DNA from: Vicugna vicugna
Lineage: Eukaryota
Direction: 5' to 3'
Assembly: GCA_013265495.1 (NCBI GenBank)
Contig: MU057930.1
Coordinates: 1,194,057 to 1,258,056, forward strand
DNA length: 64,000 nucleotides
Shown here: one piece after another, positions 1 to 13,024 of the stretch
How the letters are laid out: every line of letters begins with the position of its first letter
Position numbering within the stretch: position 1 is the stretch's first letter
Translations under genes and position numbers: made by a program
Notes under the pieces: generated by a model
Told to the model about the DNA's origin: nothing
What the model saw: only the letters and a program-made list of their open reading frames with translations
Databases searched by the model: none

Positions 1-3000
1 GGGTGGGAAGGGACAGACTGGGATTTCAAAATTTGTAGATATTCACAGGCATATATACAATAGATAAAGAAGATTATACTGTATAGCACAGGGAAATATA
101 TACAAGATCTTGCGGTAGCTCACAAGGAAAAAAATGTGACAACGAATATATGTATCTTGATGTATAAGTTAAAAATTGTGCTCTTTGCTGGACTTTGGCA
201 CAACATTGTAAAATTACTATAACTCAATTTTTAAAAAATGAAAAAGTGGAAAAAAAGACAATGAAAAATTAATAAATGTCTTACAAGACAAAATAACAGA
301 ACTCACCCAATCAGAACAGAAGACAGAAAAGCAAACAAAAACCAATGAAATCAATATAAGGAAACTTCGGATAAAATAAAGCGTGCCAACCTAAGCATTA
401 TAGGGGTCACAGGAGAAAAAGCAAGGGGGATTGAAAAAGTATTTGAAGAAATCATGACTGAAAATTTCCCAAACCTAAAGAAGGCAACAAATGCCAAATC
501 ACAGGAAACACAGAGGGTCCCAAAGAAGAACCCAAATAGATCTACAGCAAGACATATTAATAATCAAGATGGCCAAGGTTAAAGGTAAAGAAATGATTCT
601 AAAGGCAGAAAGAGAAAAACAAAGAGTGAGTTACAAGGGAACCCTCATAAGGCTTTCAGCTGATTTCTCTACACAATCACTGAGCCAGAAGGGCAAGATA
701 CATTCCATGTCCTGAATGAGAAAAAGCTGCAACCTAGGATACTTTATCTAGTGAGGCTGTCTTTTAGAATTGAAGAAGAGAGAAAGAATCTCACAGACAA
801 GCAAAACTAAAACAATTCAGCAATGCTAAGCCTATGCTAAAAGAAATATTGAAACATCTAATCTAAATAGAAAAGAAGCAGGATGCTATTGAAAGGAGAA
901 AACCATAATTGGAAAGGCAGTAACTACAATGAGTTACAATAGAATATACATAAGGATGTAAAAGAAAATGTCAATATCATTAAGGATAGGAGACAGGGGG
1001 AGCAAGAAAATACTGATTTCTTCTTTTTTTTTTTTCCCCAGTGCTTTAAGGATGCAATTGAACCTATATGACTATCAGTTTAAAACAACAATTATAGTAA
1101 TGGGTAAATATACTTAAAAACAGAGTAACGAAACATCAAAAGCTTACAATACTCACAAAAACCAAAAAGGAATAAAGATAATACAGAGAAAAATTATCAA
1201 ACCACAAGAAGAAACAAAAAGGAACAAAGAGGAAATACCAAGTCAACTGGAAAAATAAGATCAAAATGGCAATAAACACACATCTATAAATAATTACCAT
1301 AAATGTCAATAAATTAAATGCTTCAATCAAAAGACATACAGTGTCAGACTGCATAATGAAAAAAGAACCTACAATATGATGCATATAAGAGACTGACTTT
1401 TTCAAGAATGACACACGTCGATTGAGAGTGAGAGGATGGAAAACATATTTAATGCACATAGAAATAAGAAAGCAAAAGTAGCAATACTGATATCAGACAA
1501 AACTTAAAAGGCCATAAAAAAGACAAAAACAAAGGACTATATGATGATTAATGAAGCAATTCAAGATGAGGATATTACATCAATTGACATATATGCTCCC
1601 AATATAGAAGCACCTCAACATATAAAAAAAAAACTAACAGATAAAAAGGGAGAGATTGATGGGAACACAATCACTGTAGGAGACTTTAGCACCCCATTAA
1701 CATCATTAGATAGATCTTTCAGATAGAAAATTAACACAGCAAGAGAGAAAAAAAAGACAAAACAATTGGACTAGGTTGATATTTTCAGAATATTACATCC
1801 CCACAAGATAGAATATACATTCTTGCACATGGAACATTTTCTAGGATAGATCATGTACTCGGGCACAAAAGAAGCCTCGACAAATTTAAAAGGATAGAAA
1901 TTATTTCAAGAATCTTTTCTGACCACGACGCCACGAAACTAGAAATCCAGCACAGAAAAACAAAGGAGAAAACAATGACAGCATGGAGATTAAAGAACAT
2001 GCTACTAAAAAAAAAAAAACCCCAATGTTCATAGCAGCACTATTTACAATAGCCAAGACATGGAAACAGCCTAAATGTCCATCAACAGATGACTGGATAA
2101 AGAAGATGTGGTATAGTTATACAATAGAATACTAGTCAGCCATAAAAACCGATAACATAACGTCATTTGCAGCAACATGGATGTTCCTGGAGAATTCCAT
2201 TTTATGTGAAGTAAGCCAGATATAGAAAGAAAAATACCATAAGAGATCGCTCATATGTAGAATAAAAAAAAAAAATACCAAACAGAAACAGACTCATAGA
2301 CATAGAATACAAACTTGTGGCTGTCAATGGGGTAGGGGGTGGGAAGGGACAGACTGGGATTTCAAAATTTGTAGATATTCACAGGCATATATACAATAGA
2401 TAAAGAAGATTATACTGTATAGCACAGGGAAATATATACAAGATCTTGCGGTAGCTCACAAGGAAAAAAATGTGACAACGAATATATGTATCTTGATGTA
2501 TAAGTTAAAAATTGTGCTCTTTGCTGGACTTTGGCACAACATTGTAAAATTACTATAACTCAATTTTTAAAAAATGAAAAAGTGGAAAAAAAGACAATGA
2601 AAAATTAATAAATGTCTTACAAGACAAAATAACAGAACTCACCCAATCAGAACAGAAGACAGAAAAGCAAACAAAAACCAATGAAATCAATATAAGGAAA
2701 CTTCGGATAAAATAAAGCGTGCCAACCTAAGCATTATAGGGGTCACAGGAGAAAAAGCAAGGGGGATTGAAAAAGTATTTGAAGAAATCATGACTGAAAA
2801 TTTCCCAAACCTAAAGAAGGCAACAAATGCCAAATCACAGGAAACACAGAGGGTCCCAAAGAAGAACCCAAATAGATCTACAGCAAGACATATTAATAAT
2901 CAAGATGGCCAAGGTTAAAGGTAAAGAAATGATTCTAAAGGCAGAAAGAGAAAAACAAAGAGTGAGTTACAAGGGAACCCTCATAAGGCTTTCAGCTGAT

Positions 3001-4363
3001 TTCTCCACACAATCACTGCAGGCCAGAAGGGAGGGGCAAGATACATTCCATGTCCTGAATGAGAAAAAGCTGCAACCTAGGATACTTTATCTAGTGAGGC
3101 TGTCTTTTAGAATTGAAGAAGAGAGAAAGAATCTCACAGACAAGCAAAACTAAAACAATTCAGCAATGCTAAGCCTATGCTAAAAGAAATATTGAAACAT
3201 CTAATCTAAATAGAAAAGAAGCAGGATGCTATTGAAAGGAGAAAACCATAATTGGAAAGGCAGTAACTACAATGAGTTACAATAGAATATACATAAGGAT
3301 GTAAAAGAAAATGTCAATATCATTAAGGATAGGAGACAGGGGGAGCAAGAAAATACTGATTTCTTCTTTTTTTTTTTTCCCCAGTGCTTTAAGGATGCAA
3401 TTGAACCTATATGACTATCAGTTTAAAACAACAATTATAGTAATGGGTAAATATACTTAAAAACAGAGTAACGAAACATCAAAAGCTTACAATACTCACA
3501 AAAACCAAAAAGGAATAAAGATAATACAGAGAAAAATTATCAAACCACAAGAAGAAACAAAAAGGAACAAAGAGGAAATACCAAGTCAACTGGAAAAATA
3601 AGATCAAAATGGCAATAAACACACATCTATAAATAATTACCATAAATGTCAATAAATTAAATGCTTCAATCAAAAGACATACAGTGTCAGACTGCATAAT
3701 GAAAAAAGAACCTACAATATGATGCATATAAGAGACTGACTTTTTCAAGAATGACACACGTCGATTGAGAGTGAGAGGATGGAAAACATATTTAATGCAC
3801 ATAGAAATAAGAAAGCAAAAATAGCAATACTGATATCAGACAAAACTTAAAAGGCCATAAAAAAGACAAAAACAAAGGACTATATGATGATTAATGAAGC
3901 AATTCAAGATGAGGATATTACACCAATTGACATATATGCTCCCAATATAGAAGCACCTCAACATATAAAAAAAAAACTAACAGATAAAAAGGGAGAGATT
4001 GATGGGAACACAATCACTGTAGGAGACTTTAGCACCCCATTAACATCATTAGATAGATCTTTCAGATAGAAAATTAACACAGCAAGAGAGAAAAAAAAAG
4101 ACAAAACAATTGGACTAGGTTGATATTTTCAGAATATTACATCCCCACAAGATAGAATATACATTCTTGCACATGGAACATTTTCTAGGATAGATCATGT
4201 ACTCGGGCACAAAAGAAGCCTCGACAAATTTAAAAGGATAGAAATTATTTCAAGAATCTTTTCTGACCACGACGCCACGAAACTAGAAATCCAGCACAGA
4301 AAAACAAAGGAGAAAACAATGACAGCATGGAGATTAAAGAACATGCTACTAAAAAAAAAAAAA
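1..4363 (+). repeat. Near-identical direct repeat, 1-2019 vs 2337-4363 (period ~2336-2344 bp)
   Basis: gggtgggaagggacagactgggatttc occurs at 1 and 2337. ORF pairs 491/2827, 1136/3479 and 1541/3884 match. Both copies end at gctact(A)13. Differences are a few substitutions, homopolymer lengths and 7 bp of clustered indels near 680-695. Confidence 0.95.
2020..2592 (+). mobile_element. 5'-truncated L1 3' end (different subfamily) embedded in the older L1; partial second copy at 1-256
   Basis: Starts at cccaatgttcatagcagcactatttacaatagccaagacatggaaacagcctaaatgtccatc (ORF2 C-terminus). Its 3'UTR differs from the one at 7400-7690, and it has an A-rich tail at ~2569-2592. Confidence 0.85.
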
Positions 4364-7300
4364 TCAATCGGTCAGTGATGAAATCAAAAAGAAAATTAAA
4401 ACACACTTTAGGACAAAAGACCATGAAAACACAACCACACAAAATCTATGGGATGCAGCAAAAGCAGTCCTAAGAGGGAAGTTAACAGCGATTCAGGCCT
4501 TCCCTGAAAAAGAACAATCTCAAACAAACAACCTAACTTACCAACTAAAAGAATTAGGGGGAAAAAAAGCAAACAAAATTATAAGTCAGTAGAAGGAAGA
4601 AATAATAAAGATCAAGGAGGAAATACACCAAATAGTGATTTAAAAAATCAATCAAACCAAGAGCTGGTTTTTTGAAAGAGAAAATAAAATTGACAAACCT
4701 CTGGACAGGCTCACCAAGAAGAAAAGAGAGAACACAAATAAACAAAATAAGGAAAGAAAATGGAGAAATTACAACAAATATCACAGAAACACAAAATATC
4801 CTAAGAGAATACTATGAACAACTATATGGAAACAAATTGGATAACCTAGAAGAGATGGACAAGTTTCTCAAACACACAGTCCGCCGAAACTGAATGAAGG
4901 AGAAATTGACCACTTCAACAGATGGATCACCAGAAATGAAATACAATTAGCACTAAAAAACCTCCCTGCAAACAAAAGTACAGGACAAGATGGCTTCACT
5001 GGGGAATTCCACCAAATATACAAAGAAGAATTCATACCAGTCCTTTTCAAACTCTTCCAAAAGATTGAAAAGGAGGGAGTATGTCCAAACTCATTCTATG
5101 AAGCCACCATTACCCTGATAACAAAAACAGACAAAGACACTATCAAAAAAGAAAATTACAGGCCAATATTACCGATGAACATAGATGTAAAAACCATCAA
5201 CAAAATCAGCAAACAGAATTCAACAGCACATAAAAAAAGATCATATACCATGATCAAGTTGGATTCATCCCAGGAACACAAGGATAATTCAGTATTCACA
5301 AATCAATCAGTGTGATACACCACGTCCTCAAAAAGTGGACAAAAATCACATGATCATCTCAATAGATGCAGAAAAAGCATTTGATAAAATTGAACACCTA
5401 TTTATGATAAAAATCCTTACCAAATTGGATATAGAGGGAGCATATGTCAACATAATAAAATCTGTGACAAACCTACAGCCAGCATAATCCTCAATGGTGA
5501 AAAACTGAAAACCTTCCCGCTAAAATCAAGGACAAGACAACATTGCCCACTCTCACCAATTCTATTCAACATATTCTTGGAAGTCCTAGCCACAGCAATA
5601 AGGCAAGAAAAAGAAATAAAACGAATCCAAATCAGAAAATAAGAGGTAAAATTGTCACCATATGTAGACAGTATGATGCTATATTTAAAAAACCCTAAAA
5701 GCTCCACACAAAAACTACTAGCACTTGTAAAGAATTCGGTAAGGTAGCCTGCTACAAGATTAATGTACAAAAAGCAGTTGCACTTCTTTACACTAACAAT
5801 GAAACAACAGTAGAAGACATTCAAAAAAAAAATCCCTTTTAAAATTGCACCAAAAAAAATAAAATACTTAGGAAGAAATCCAACTAAGGAGGTGAAAGAC
5901 TTTTACATGAAGAACTACAAAACACTGAGAAAGGAAATTAAAGAAGATAAAGAAGTGGAAAAATATCCCATGCTCTTCGACTGGAAGAATTAACATTTTT
6001 AAAATGGTTGTAGTGGCCAAAGCAATCTACAGATTTAACATGATCACTATGAAACTAACCAGGACATTTTTTAAAGACCTGAAACAAACAATTCTAAGAC
6101 TTACATGGAAATCACAAAACACACAGAATTCAAAAGCAATTATTGAAGAAACAATACAAAGCTGGAGGAATAATCCTCGCAGACTTCAGACAATATTACA
6201 GAGTTACTGAAATCAAAACAGCATGGCATTGGCATAAAAACAGATACACGGATCAGAGGAACAGAATAGAGCATAGGAATGAATCCACAGAACTATGGTG
6301 AATTAATCTCTGACAAAGGAAACAATGGAGAAGACACAGTCTCTTCAGCAACTGGTGTTGGGAAAACTGGGTACGAGCATGTAAATCAGTAAAGTTAGAA
6401 CACTCCCTCACTCCGTAAAAAAAATAAACTTAAAATGGCTTAAAGACTTAAATATAAGACATGACATAATAAATCTCCTAGAAGAAAACAAAGGCAAAAT
6501 ATTCTCTGACATAAATCTTAGTAATGTTCTCCTAGAGCTGTCTACCCAGGCAATGGAAATAAAAGCAAAAATAAACAAATAGGATCTAATTAAACTCATA
6601 AGCTTTTGCACAGCAAAGGAAACCATAGTAAAACCAAAACCACTACCTGTGGAATGGGAGAAAATATGTACAAATAATGTGACTGACAAAGGCTTAATTT
6701 ACAGAATATATAAACAGCTCATATAACTTTAATATCAAAAAAGCAAACAAGGCAATCAAAAAATGGGCAGAAGACGAAAACAAGCATTTCTCCAGTGAAG
6801 ACGTAAAAATGACCCATAGACATACGAAAACATGCTGAATATCACTAATTACCAGAAAAATATTTATCAAAACTACAATGAGGTATCACCTCACACCAGT
6901 TAGAATGGCCATCATTCAAAAGTTCACAAACGATAAATGCTGAAGAGGGTGTCGAGAAAAGGGAGCCCTCCTACACTGGCTGGTGGGAATGCACTTTGGT
7001 GCCGCCATTATGGAAAACAGTATGGAGATCCTACAAAAGACTAAAAATAGTCTTACCACATGACCCAGCAATCCCACGCGTGGGCGTATTTCTGGAGGGA
7101 ACAATGATGTGAAAAGATACACGTATCCCAATGTTCACAGCAGCACTATTTTCAGTAGCCAAGATATGGAAACAACCTAAATGTCCATCAACGTGACTAG
7201 ATAAAGAAGCTGTGATATGTTCATACAACGGAACACTGCTCTGCCATAGAAAAGAATGAAATAATGCCTTTCCCAGCAGCATGGCTGGACCCACAGATTG

Positions 7301-10300
7301 CTGTTGTAAGTGAAGTCAGCCAGAAAGAAAGAAAAATACCACATGAGATCACTTATATGTGGAATCTAAAAAAAGGAAATAAAGTACACTATGAACTTTA
7401 CAAAAAGAAATGGACTCTCAGACTTAGTAAACAATCTTATAGTTACTGGGGAAAGGGGCTGGGAAGAGATACACTTGAGAGTTTTGATATTTAATAATGT
7501 TGGCTACTATACATATCAATAGATTTTTTTAAGTTTGTTTTGGACAGCACAGGGAACTATGCTCAATATCTTGTAATAGTCTTTAATGGAAAAATATGAA
7601 AATGAATATACGTATGTATATACAAGACTGGAACATTATGCTGTGCACCAAATATTGACACATTTTAATTGGTTGTACTTCTATAAAATAAATAGATATA
7701 TGAATAAATTAGAGACAGTAATTTGCATGTGGTAGGTACCAAATAATTATTCAATAAAATACTAAATAAATAAATGGATTATAAATATTAAAAAAGATGA
7801 AACCAACAATCTGTATTATCTTATATCTATTAAAGCAGTGCCATCTGTCATCATAGAATTGTGCATAAAGAAGTTGCAGGTCCAGAATATTTCACTAACG
7901 AAAACTATCAAACACTTGGAGAAGAAATACTTAAACTCAGACAAAGATTTCCAGACACATAACCGGGATTTCATACTAAAATATTTTATATCACAACCTC
8001 CTCCTTAATGCCCAGAAAGAACTGAGTACTTTTAAGAGACTGCTATAAAGTCTACATTTTATAAAATCATGTGTTTTCATTAATGCACACACATACCAAT
8101 ATATCAGGGAGTAGCCTTTGTTTTATACATAGAGGAGTAAAAATATAAAGAGAGTCATAATTTTATTCACTTCAGGTAATCATATTCTTAGAGATTATTC
8201 ATATGTTGATTCAGAGAGGTCTAACTTATGAATCTCATTTCTTCCATTTCTGACTATGAATGTGTCCAGCTAAAAGACTGCTGGATTTATTTCTAAATGT
8301 TTCAACACGACAGTCAACATACCAGTAACCATTTCTGTATGTCTCAATGATTTCATGATTCCTACAGAAGGAAATGCCTTACAAAGTGAACACACCTTTA
8401 GAATATTGATAGAAACAACTCACAGGATCTTCCAAAACACCTTTTTAGTTTCGGTTCCCTGCACGTTCCCGTCCCAGATACACACTCAACTCAGTCTTCT
8501 AACTCTCCTCAGAGCTTGGCCCGAAACATTTCACTTTGGAAATTCTGCCTCGTTCCACAAAAGGACCCAGATACACTCCATGGTCCTGCTATGGTTTATT
8601 TTGTTTCTAGACCTTAAAAACCGGTGAGATATTTGGCAAGAGTAGGGAGCTTGCTTCTCTTCTGTCTCCTTTCTCAGGGAGATGAACTCACTGGATACTG
8701 AATCCAGTCTATCTGGTTGCAACGAATCTTGAGACTTGAGAGAGGTTCACACATGGACAGGTGTTAAATCCTTATTAACTGAATCCAGACCAAATGCTGC
8801 ACACTAGCAATCTTACAGAACACACTGTCCTTTTATGCATACAGAGATAATGTTTCTTGTATATCATATATGTTCTATTTTGACAGAAAATAAAGGGAAA
8901 GTCAAGTCACTCCACAGAGGACTGAGACTTTTTCACTGAATGCAGACATCTTGAGAAAAACTGGTATGAGAGTCACTGTTCATTACATCAGCTTTTGATT
9001 CCAAGGTGGCCTTAGCTAATCCTCACTCATTACTTAGAGCTGGGTGGAGGCATTGAAAACAATTTCTATTTAATTGAAAATAAACATTTGATCAAGGGCT
9101 GTATCCAGAGACAGGCTGATGGAAAATCACCCAGAAACAGAGTGTGCATCATTCAGTAAAAAACACACATGCGGAAATGGAAACAATGAACAAATACCAA
9201 CTGACCAATAGCAACAGAGGGACATCCAATCAAAGGTAAAGAAAGGAAAGAGACAAAGGGGAACTTTTCTCCTGGAAGCTACATTCTCTGACACTTGTAG
9301 GAGACCGTATTTAGTCCTTTTCAAGTATGTTCGCATGCCGAAAAGCTCCCAGAGTTTTCCAGAAGAAATAATGTCATAGAGTCAGTACATTTTTTCTAAC
9401 GTGTATTTTCTTTACCAGTTGATGGCTCTGAGGGATTTCCAAAGGAAAACAATGACTTAAAGTAAGCTCAAGTGAGAAAATCTGACATCAGGCGTAGATG
9501 CTGTCCCTGCCATTCACAGTGTTTAGCTCTTCTTTGCTGAACCTCTTAACACGTTAAAGTGTTTTCCAACCTCGACATTCAGTCAAAAGATGGTTGTCCT
9601 TTCCTGAGACACACTACTGAGTTTCCTCAAAAGCTATGCTGAAATCTAAACTCCGGGTAATTATTTAATACAAGAATCCCTATTCTCTATGGATCAGTTT
9701 CTAGGTGGAACCTCCTTGTTTAAACACCTCGACCTGTGTTACTGAACCTGCTACAACTGTTTCCTTTCCTTCATGCATTTCGGGTACAACTACCTTTAGC
9801 GTGAGGGATGCTGGAGAACGCCAACTTCCTTCTAAACACGCCTGACTCAGTCCATTCAGACCTTCTGAAGCCTTCCTTCACTGGCCAAGGAAGTCTGCTG
9901 ACAAAAACCCTTTGTCCTTCAAACTCCAGTGAGTGCACAGGAATGAACCCTCCACATGGCTCTGGACTCTAGTTCGTTAGCAGGTCCTTCGGGATTTGTT
10001 TTCACCAAATCTCCCTGTTACAGGCATGGCTGCCCACATGTGCCCATCAGGAACAGAAATCCCTGGGGACACACAATGACTCATTTATGCACCAGTTCTG
10101 TGCCCTGGGGACGCAGTGAACGCCAAAGTTCAGACTATTGCTTTGTGGAAGTAACTTTAGTGGATGAAGATGGCTTATGCAAAGAGAAAGTGCTCATCAG
10201 GTGGGAAGCAGAAAGGTTAGGGAGTGTGGGAGTTTACTACACTGTGGGCAGAAGCAAGCAGAAAACCCCCCGAGTCAGCACAAATCCAGTGCGGCCGAAC

Positions 10301-10423
10301 AGAGTGGGAGAGAGGGGACTCCCTGCAGAGGAGTTAGCGAAAGCAACAAGTCTGATAGGTGTGAAGTCACCACGAGGACTGAGGCTGCATTCTGGGAGAC
10401 AGGAGCTTGTTAACTCTTATTAA

Positions 10424-10630
10424 CTAGAATTTCTCGACCTCCACATGACTGGGTAAGTCTGGGAGTGAGAAACTGTCCTGCACACTGTAAGGTGAGTCCA
10501 AGGATGCTTCATCGGTGCCCACGAGGTGGAAGGTTTCAACACCCCTGTCACCCAGTGGGACAATGAAACATGTCACCATTCGTGTCAAGTGTCTCTCCTG
10601 GCAGAAAAAGCCACCCTGTTTGAGAACCAA
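10424..10630 (-). mobile_element. MER20-like hAT DNA transposon relic
   Basis: Reverse complement reads ggttctcaaacagggtggc..ggagagacacttgac..cttacagtgtgcaggacag..gaggtcgagaaattct, matching the MER20 layout as I recall it. Confidence 0.65.
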
Positions 10631-12853
10631 TACCCTTCAAACAGCTTTAGAAAGCCTTCCTGGACTGGTAAAACCACAGCTTCTGGTTAAGAACACGGAG
10701 ATCTCCTGATGGGACCAGGGCCCTGGGGGCACTTAACACAAGGCAAGCTTTGAGAAGAGGGCCCCACAGCCTTCTGTTAACAAATATGCTGCGAGATCAA
10801 GAGGAATGATGACCCCGAGAGTGCTGGGAGAAAGATGGGGGTCCAGGGACAACACCAAACACCCTCCATCAGAACCAACATTGTCAATAAAACACTACGG
10901 GGATCTCAGAGTCTGTCACCTTTCAAGAAACACTGGCAGAGAATATTACCAGGATCAGATCCCTAAAAATAGGCAAGTGGTGAATTATGTCAACACAGAT
11001 AATAGGACACGGGAAGCATGGGCAGGAATCTGTGCGGGAAGCAGGTGTGTCCGGCGGCCAGGCTCAAAAGGCTGCCTGCAGTATTTAGAGAGGGACTGCG
11101 GAGTCTAAGGTGTGGAGACAATGACCACAGAGAAAACAGACAAACAAGACTGAAATTAGCTGATAAACAAACAGAGATGGGGTACAGAGTTCGAGAGACC
11201 TGGACAAATTTGAGAAGGAACAACAAGAAACACCTACACACGATGGCTGAGCAACATTTGGGGGTTAAAACCTTCATGTGTGTATAGGATGGTTCCTTCA
11301 TTATTTGCCATACCGTTCAGGGACGCTGTGCGTGACAGGAATTCAAGGCAATCATGATGAAAGGTCATGGGGCCTTTGGAGGTCTAAGTAATAGGACTGA
11401 CAGGATGGGAAGGCCAAGCTGCTGTAATAGTCTCTTAGAGTAACTGCTGTTTAATGTGAGTGCCAGCTACAAAGCTCGTCCTACGGTGGGGTAATGTTGG
11501 TGCACATCCCCAGGGAACACATTCCTCCAAAGGAAACCCCTGCAAATGTTGGGGTCAAAGAGGCAGGCATGGAGGGAGGGAGAAAGGTGGAAGAGGGGTG
11601 TTATCTGGGATCATGACTCTGCTGAGGATTCTCCCAATCAGGGAGGTAAGAGGACAAACTCCAAGACATTTCGAGACAAACCCTTCCCTCCCATACACTT
11701 CACAAAGGCTGGACAGAACAAAACACAGAGGAATCTGTGAAACAAAGAGAAATATGATGTTGAGGCCAAAACAAAAGAGAAAAGACAACAGTGAATCAAT
11801 GTAGTTGGTCCTTGGGTGCAGGAAGACAAGCGTTGGACAGAAGATGGAGGCTGAGGAGTGCTTTCAGCCACGCTCTCCTCAAAGGTCAGACACCAAAGAC
11901 AGAGACGCTGAGGCTGTGTGTGTCCCGGGAGCAGCTGGGGCTGAGTCAGGACTCCGGGTGTTCTCAGTCAGACCAGTGGGACACCGTATGAGTAGGATTT
12001 CCTAGTCAAAACAGAATATAACTTGAGAAGTTAACTCATAAGCCACTAGAGAAGAAAATGCACATGAAGAAAAATTTGAGGAAGAAAATACAAAGAAGAG
12101 GTTCTTTGGGTCTTTCATTATCATTGAAACGAACCAGAAAAAAAAGAGAGGAAGTTTGCTTTTTCATTTCAAAGTTCTAAAAATTAGAGGAATTTCTATC
12201 AGGTTTCCTTGCTTGCCTATAGAAACAAGTGACTGCATGAGCAAATAATATGTTGAAGACAAGATTGTAACAAAGATATCTGGAAAATAGAGCAACGAAA
12301 ATGAACTGCTGATGTCACTTCCTCAAGACAGGTTGTTGCAATTCCACCTGGAAGGTCACCACCTTAGGGAGAAGGATGACAGAGCCAGGTCTGGGGAGGG
12401 GGCCGAGATCCATGTTTGTGCTGGTCTGTTCCTCCCCTCAGGGACTGGAGACTTTCCCAAAGTCTCTTAAGGAAATCACTGGAAGCCTGTTATACTAAAC
12501 AATAACACCTTTAGTTTGTGAAGGTAAGTTTAAACACGTCTCCTCAATGTTAAGAAACAACAGCCGATGCGGGGACAGGTGCCTTGGCCTCACCTCATTC
12601 TGGAACTCAGAGTACAAAAGAAAGTAAGTATCACCGTCCTTGAAACACCTTATATGTACTGCGATTTCTCAGTTACCTTGAAGATAAATTGTCTCATTCA
12701 GTTTAAGCTTCTTTTAAATCTAATCTGAAATAAAAACAGTGGAGAGCCAGAGAGGCTCCTGATGCCAAGCAGGATATCCGAACAAAACGTCTTCGTAACC
12801 AAGGTCTTACTAACAACCGTTGGTTCACTATGGGACACCACACACACGGATAC

Positions 12854-12860
12854 TATAAAA
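12854..12860 (+). promoter_or_regulatory. TATA box of OBP-like gene
   Basis: TATAAAA lies 90 bp upstream of ATG 12944. The paralogous position in copy 2 reads TATTAAAA (35944-35951). Confidence 0.75.
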
Positions 12861-12943
12861 GGGGCACACATACAGGTTCTCTCCACAAAGGGGCACACGG
12901 CACGCTCAGCTTCCCCGGGAGGGGGACTAGAAGAACTGCCAGG

Positions 12944-13024
12944 ATGCGGATTCTGTTCCCGACTCTTGTCCTGGGTGTGCTTTGTGCCGCCCAGGAACCT
13001 CCGGCTGCGGGGGATCAATCGCAG
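12944..13024 (+). CDS. OBP: OBP-like coding exon 1 (signal peptide)
   Basis: aggATG context, hydrophobic [18 protein letters not shown]. Ends CAG|gcacca (non-canonical donor); same 81-nt length as exon 1 of the paralog. Confidence 0.8.

Larger units (their letters stand above)
1..7690 (+). mobile_element. Decayed LINE-1 (3' part of ORF1, inter-ORF, ORF2, 3'UTR) with internal tandem duplication
   Basis: ORF1-like peptide ILKAEREKQRVSYKGTLIRLSADFS..LQARR (491, 2827). ORF2 endonuclease DIYAPNIEAP..TITVGDFSTPLT (1541, 3884). RT-like motifs ~4970-5700 and C-terminal MPFPAAWLD..SEVSQ (7264). A-rich end ~7683-7700. Many stops and frameshifts. Confidence 0.95.

Noticed and set aside
491..7494. Multiple short ORFs on both strands
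   Set aside because: Fragments or antisense shadows of decayed L1 ORF1/ORF2, not host genes.
9956..11804. ORFs of 100-155 aa in the duplicated upstream block (also 28918-29979)
   Set aside because: Reading frames are not conserved between the two paralogous copies, and there is no recognisable protein similarity.
12770..12800. Possible steroid-receptor half-site in the OBP promoter (gaacaaaacgtctt)
   Set aside because: Poor match to the palindromic consensus and not conserved in the paralog.
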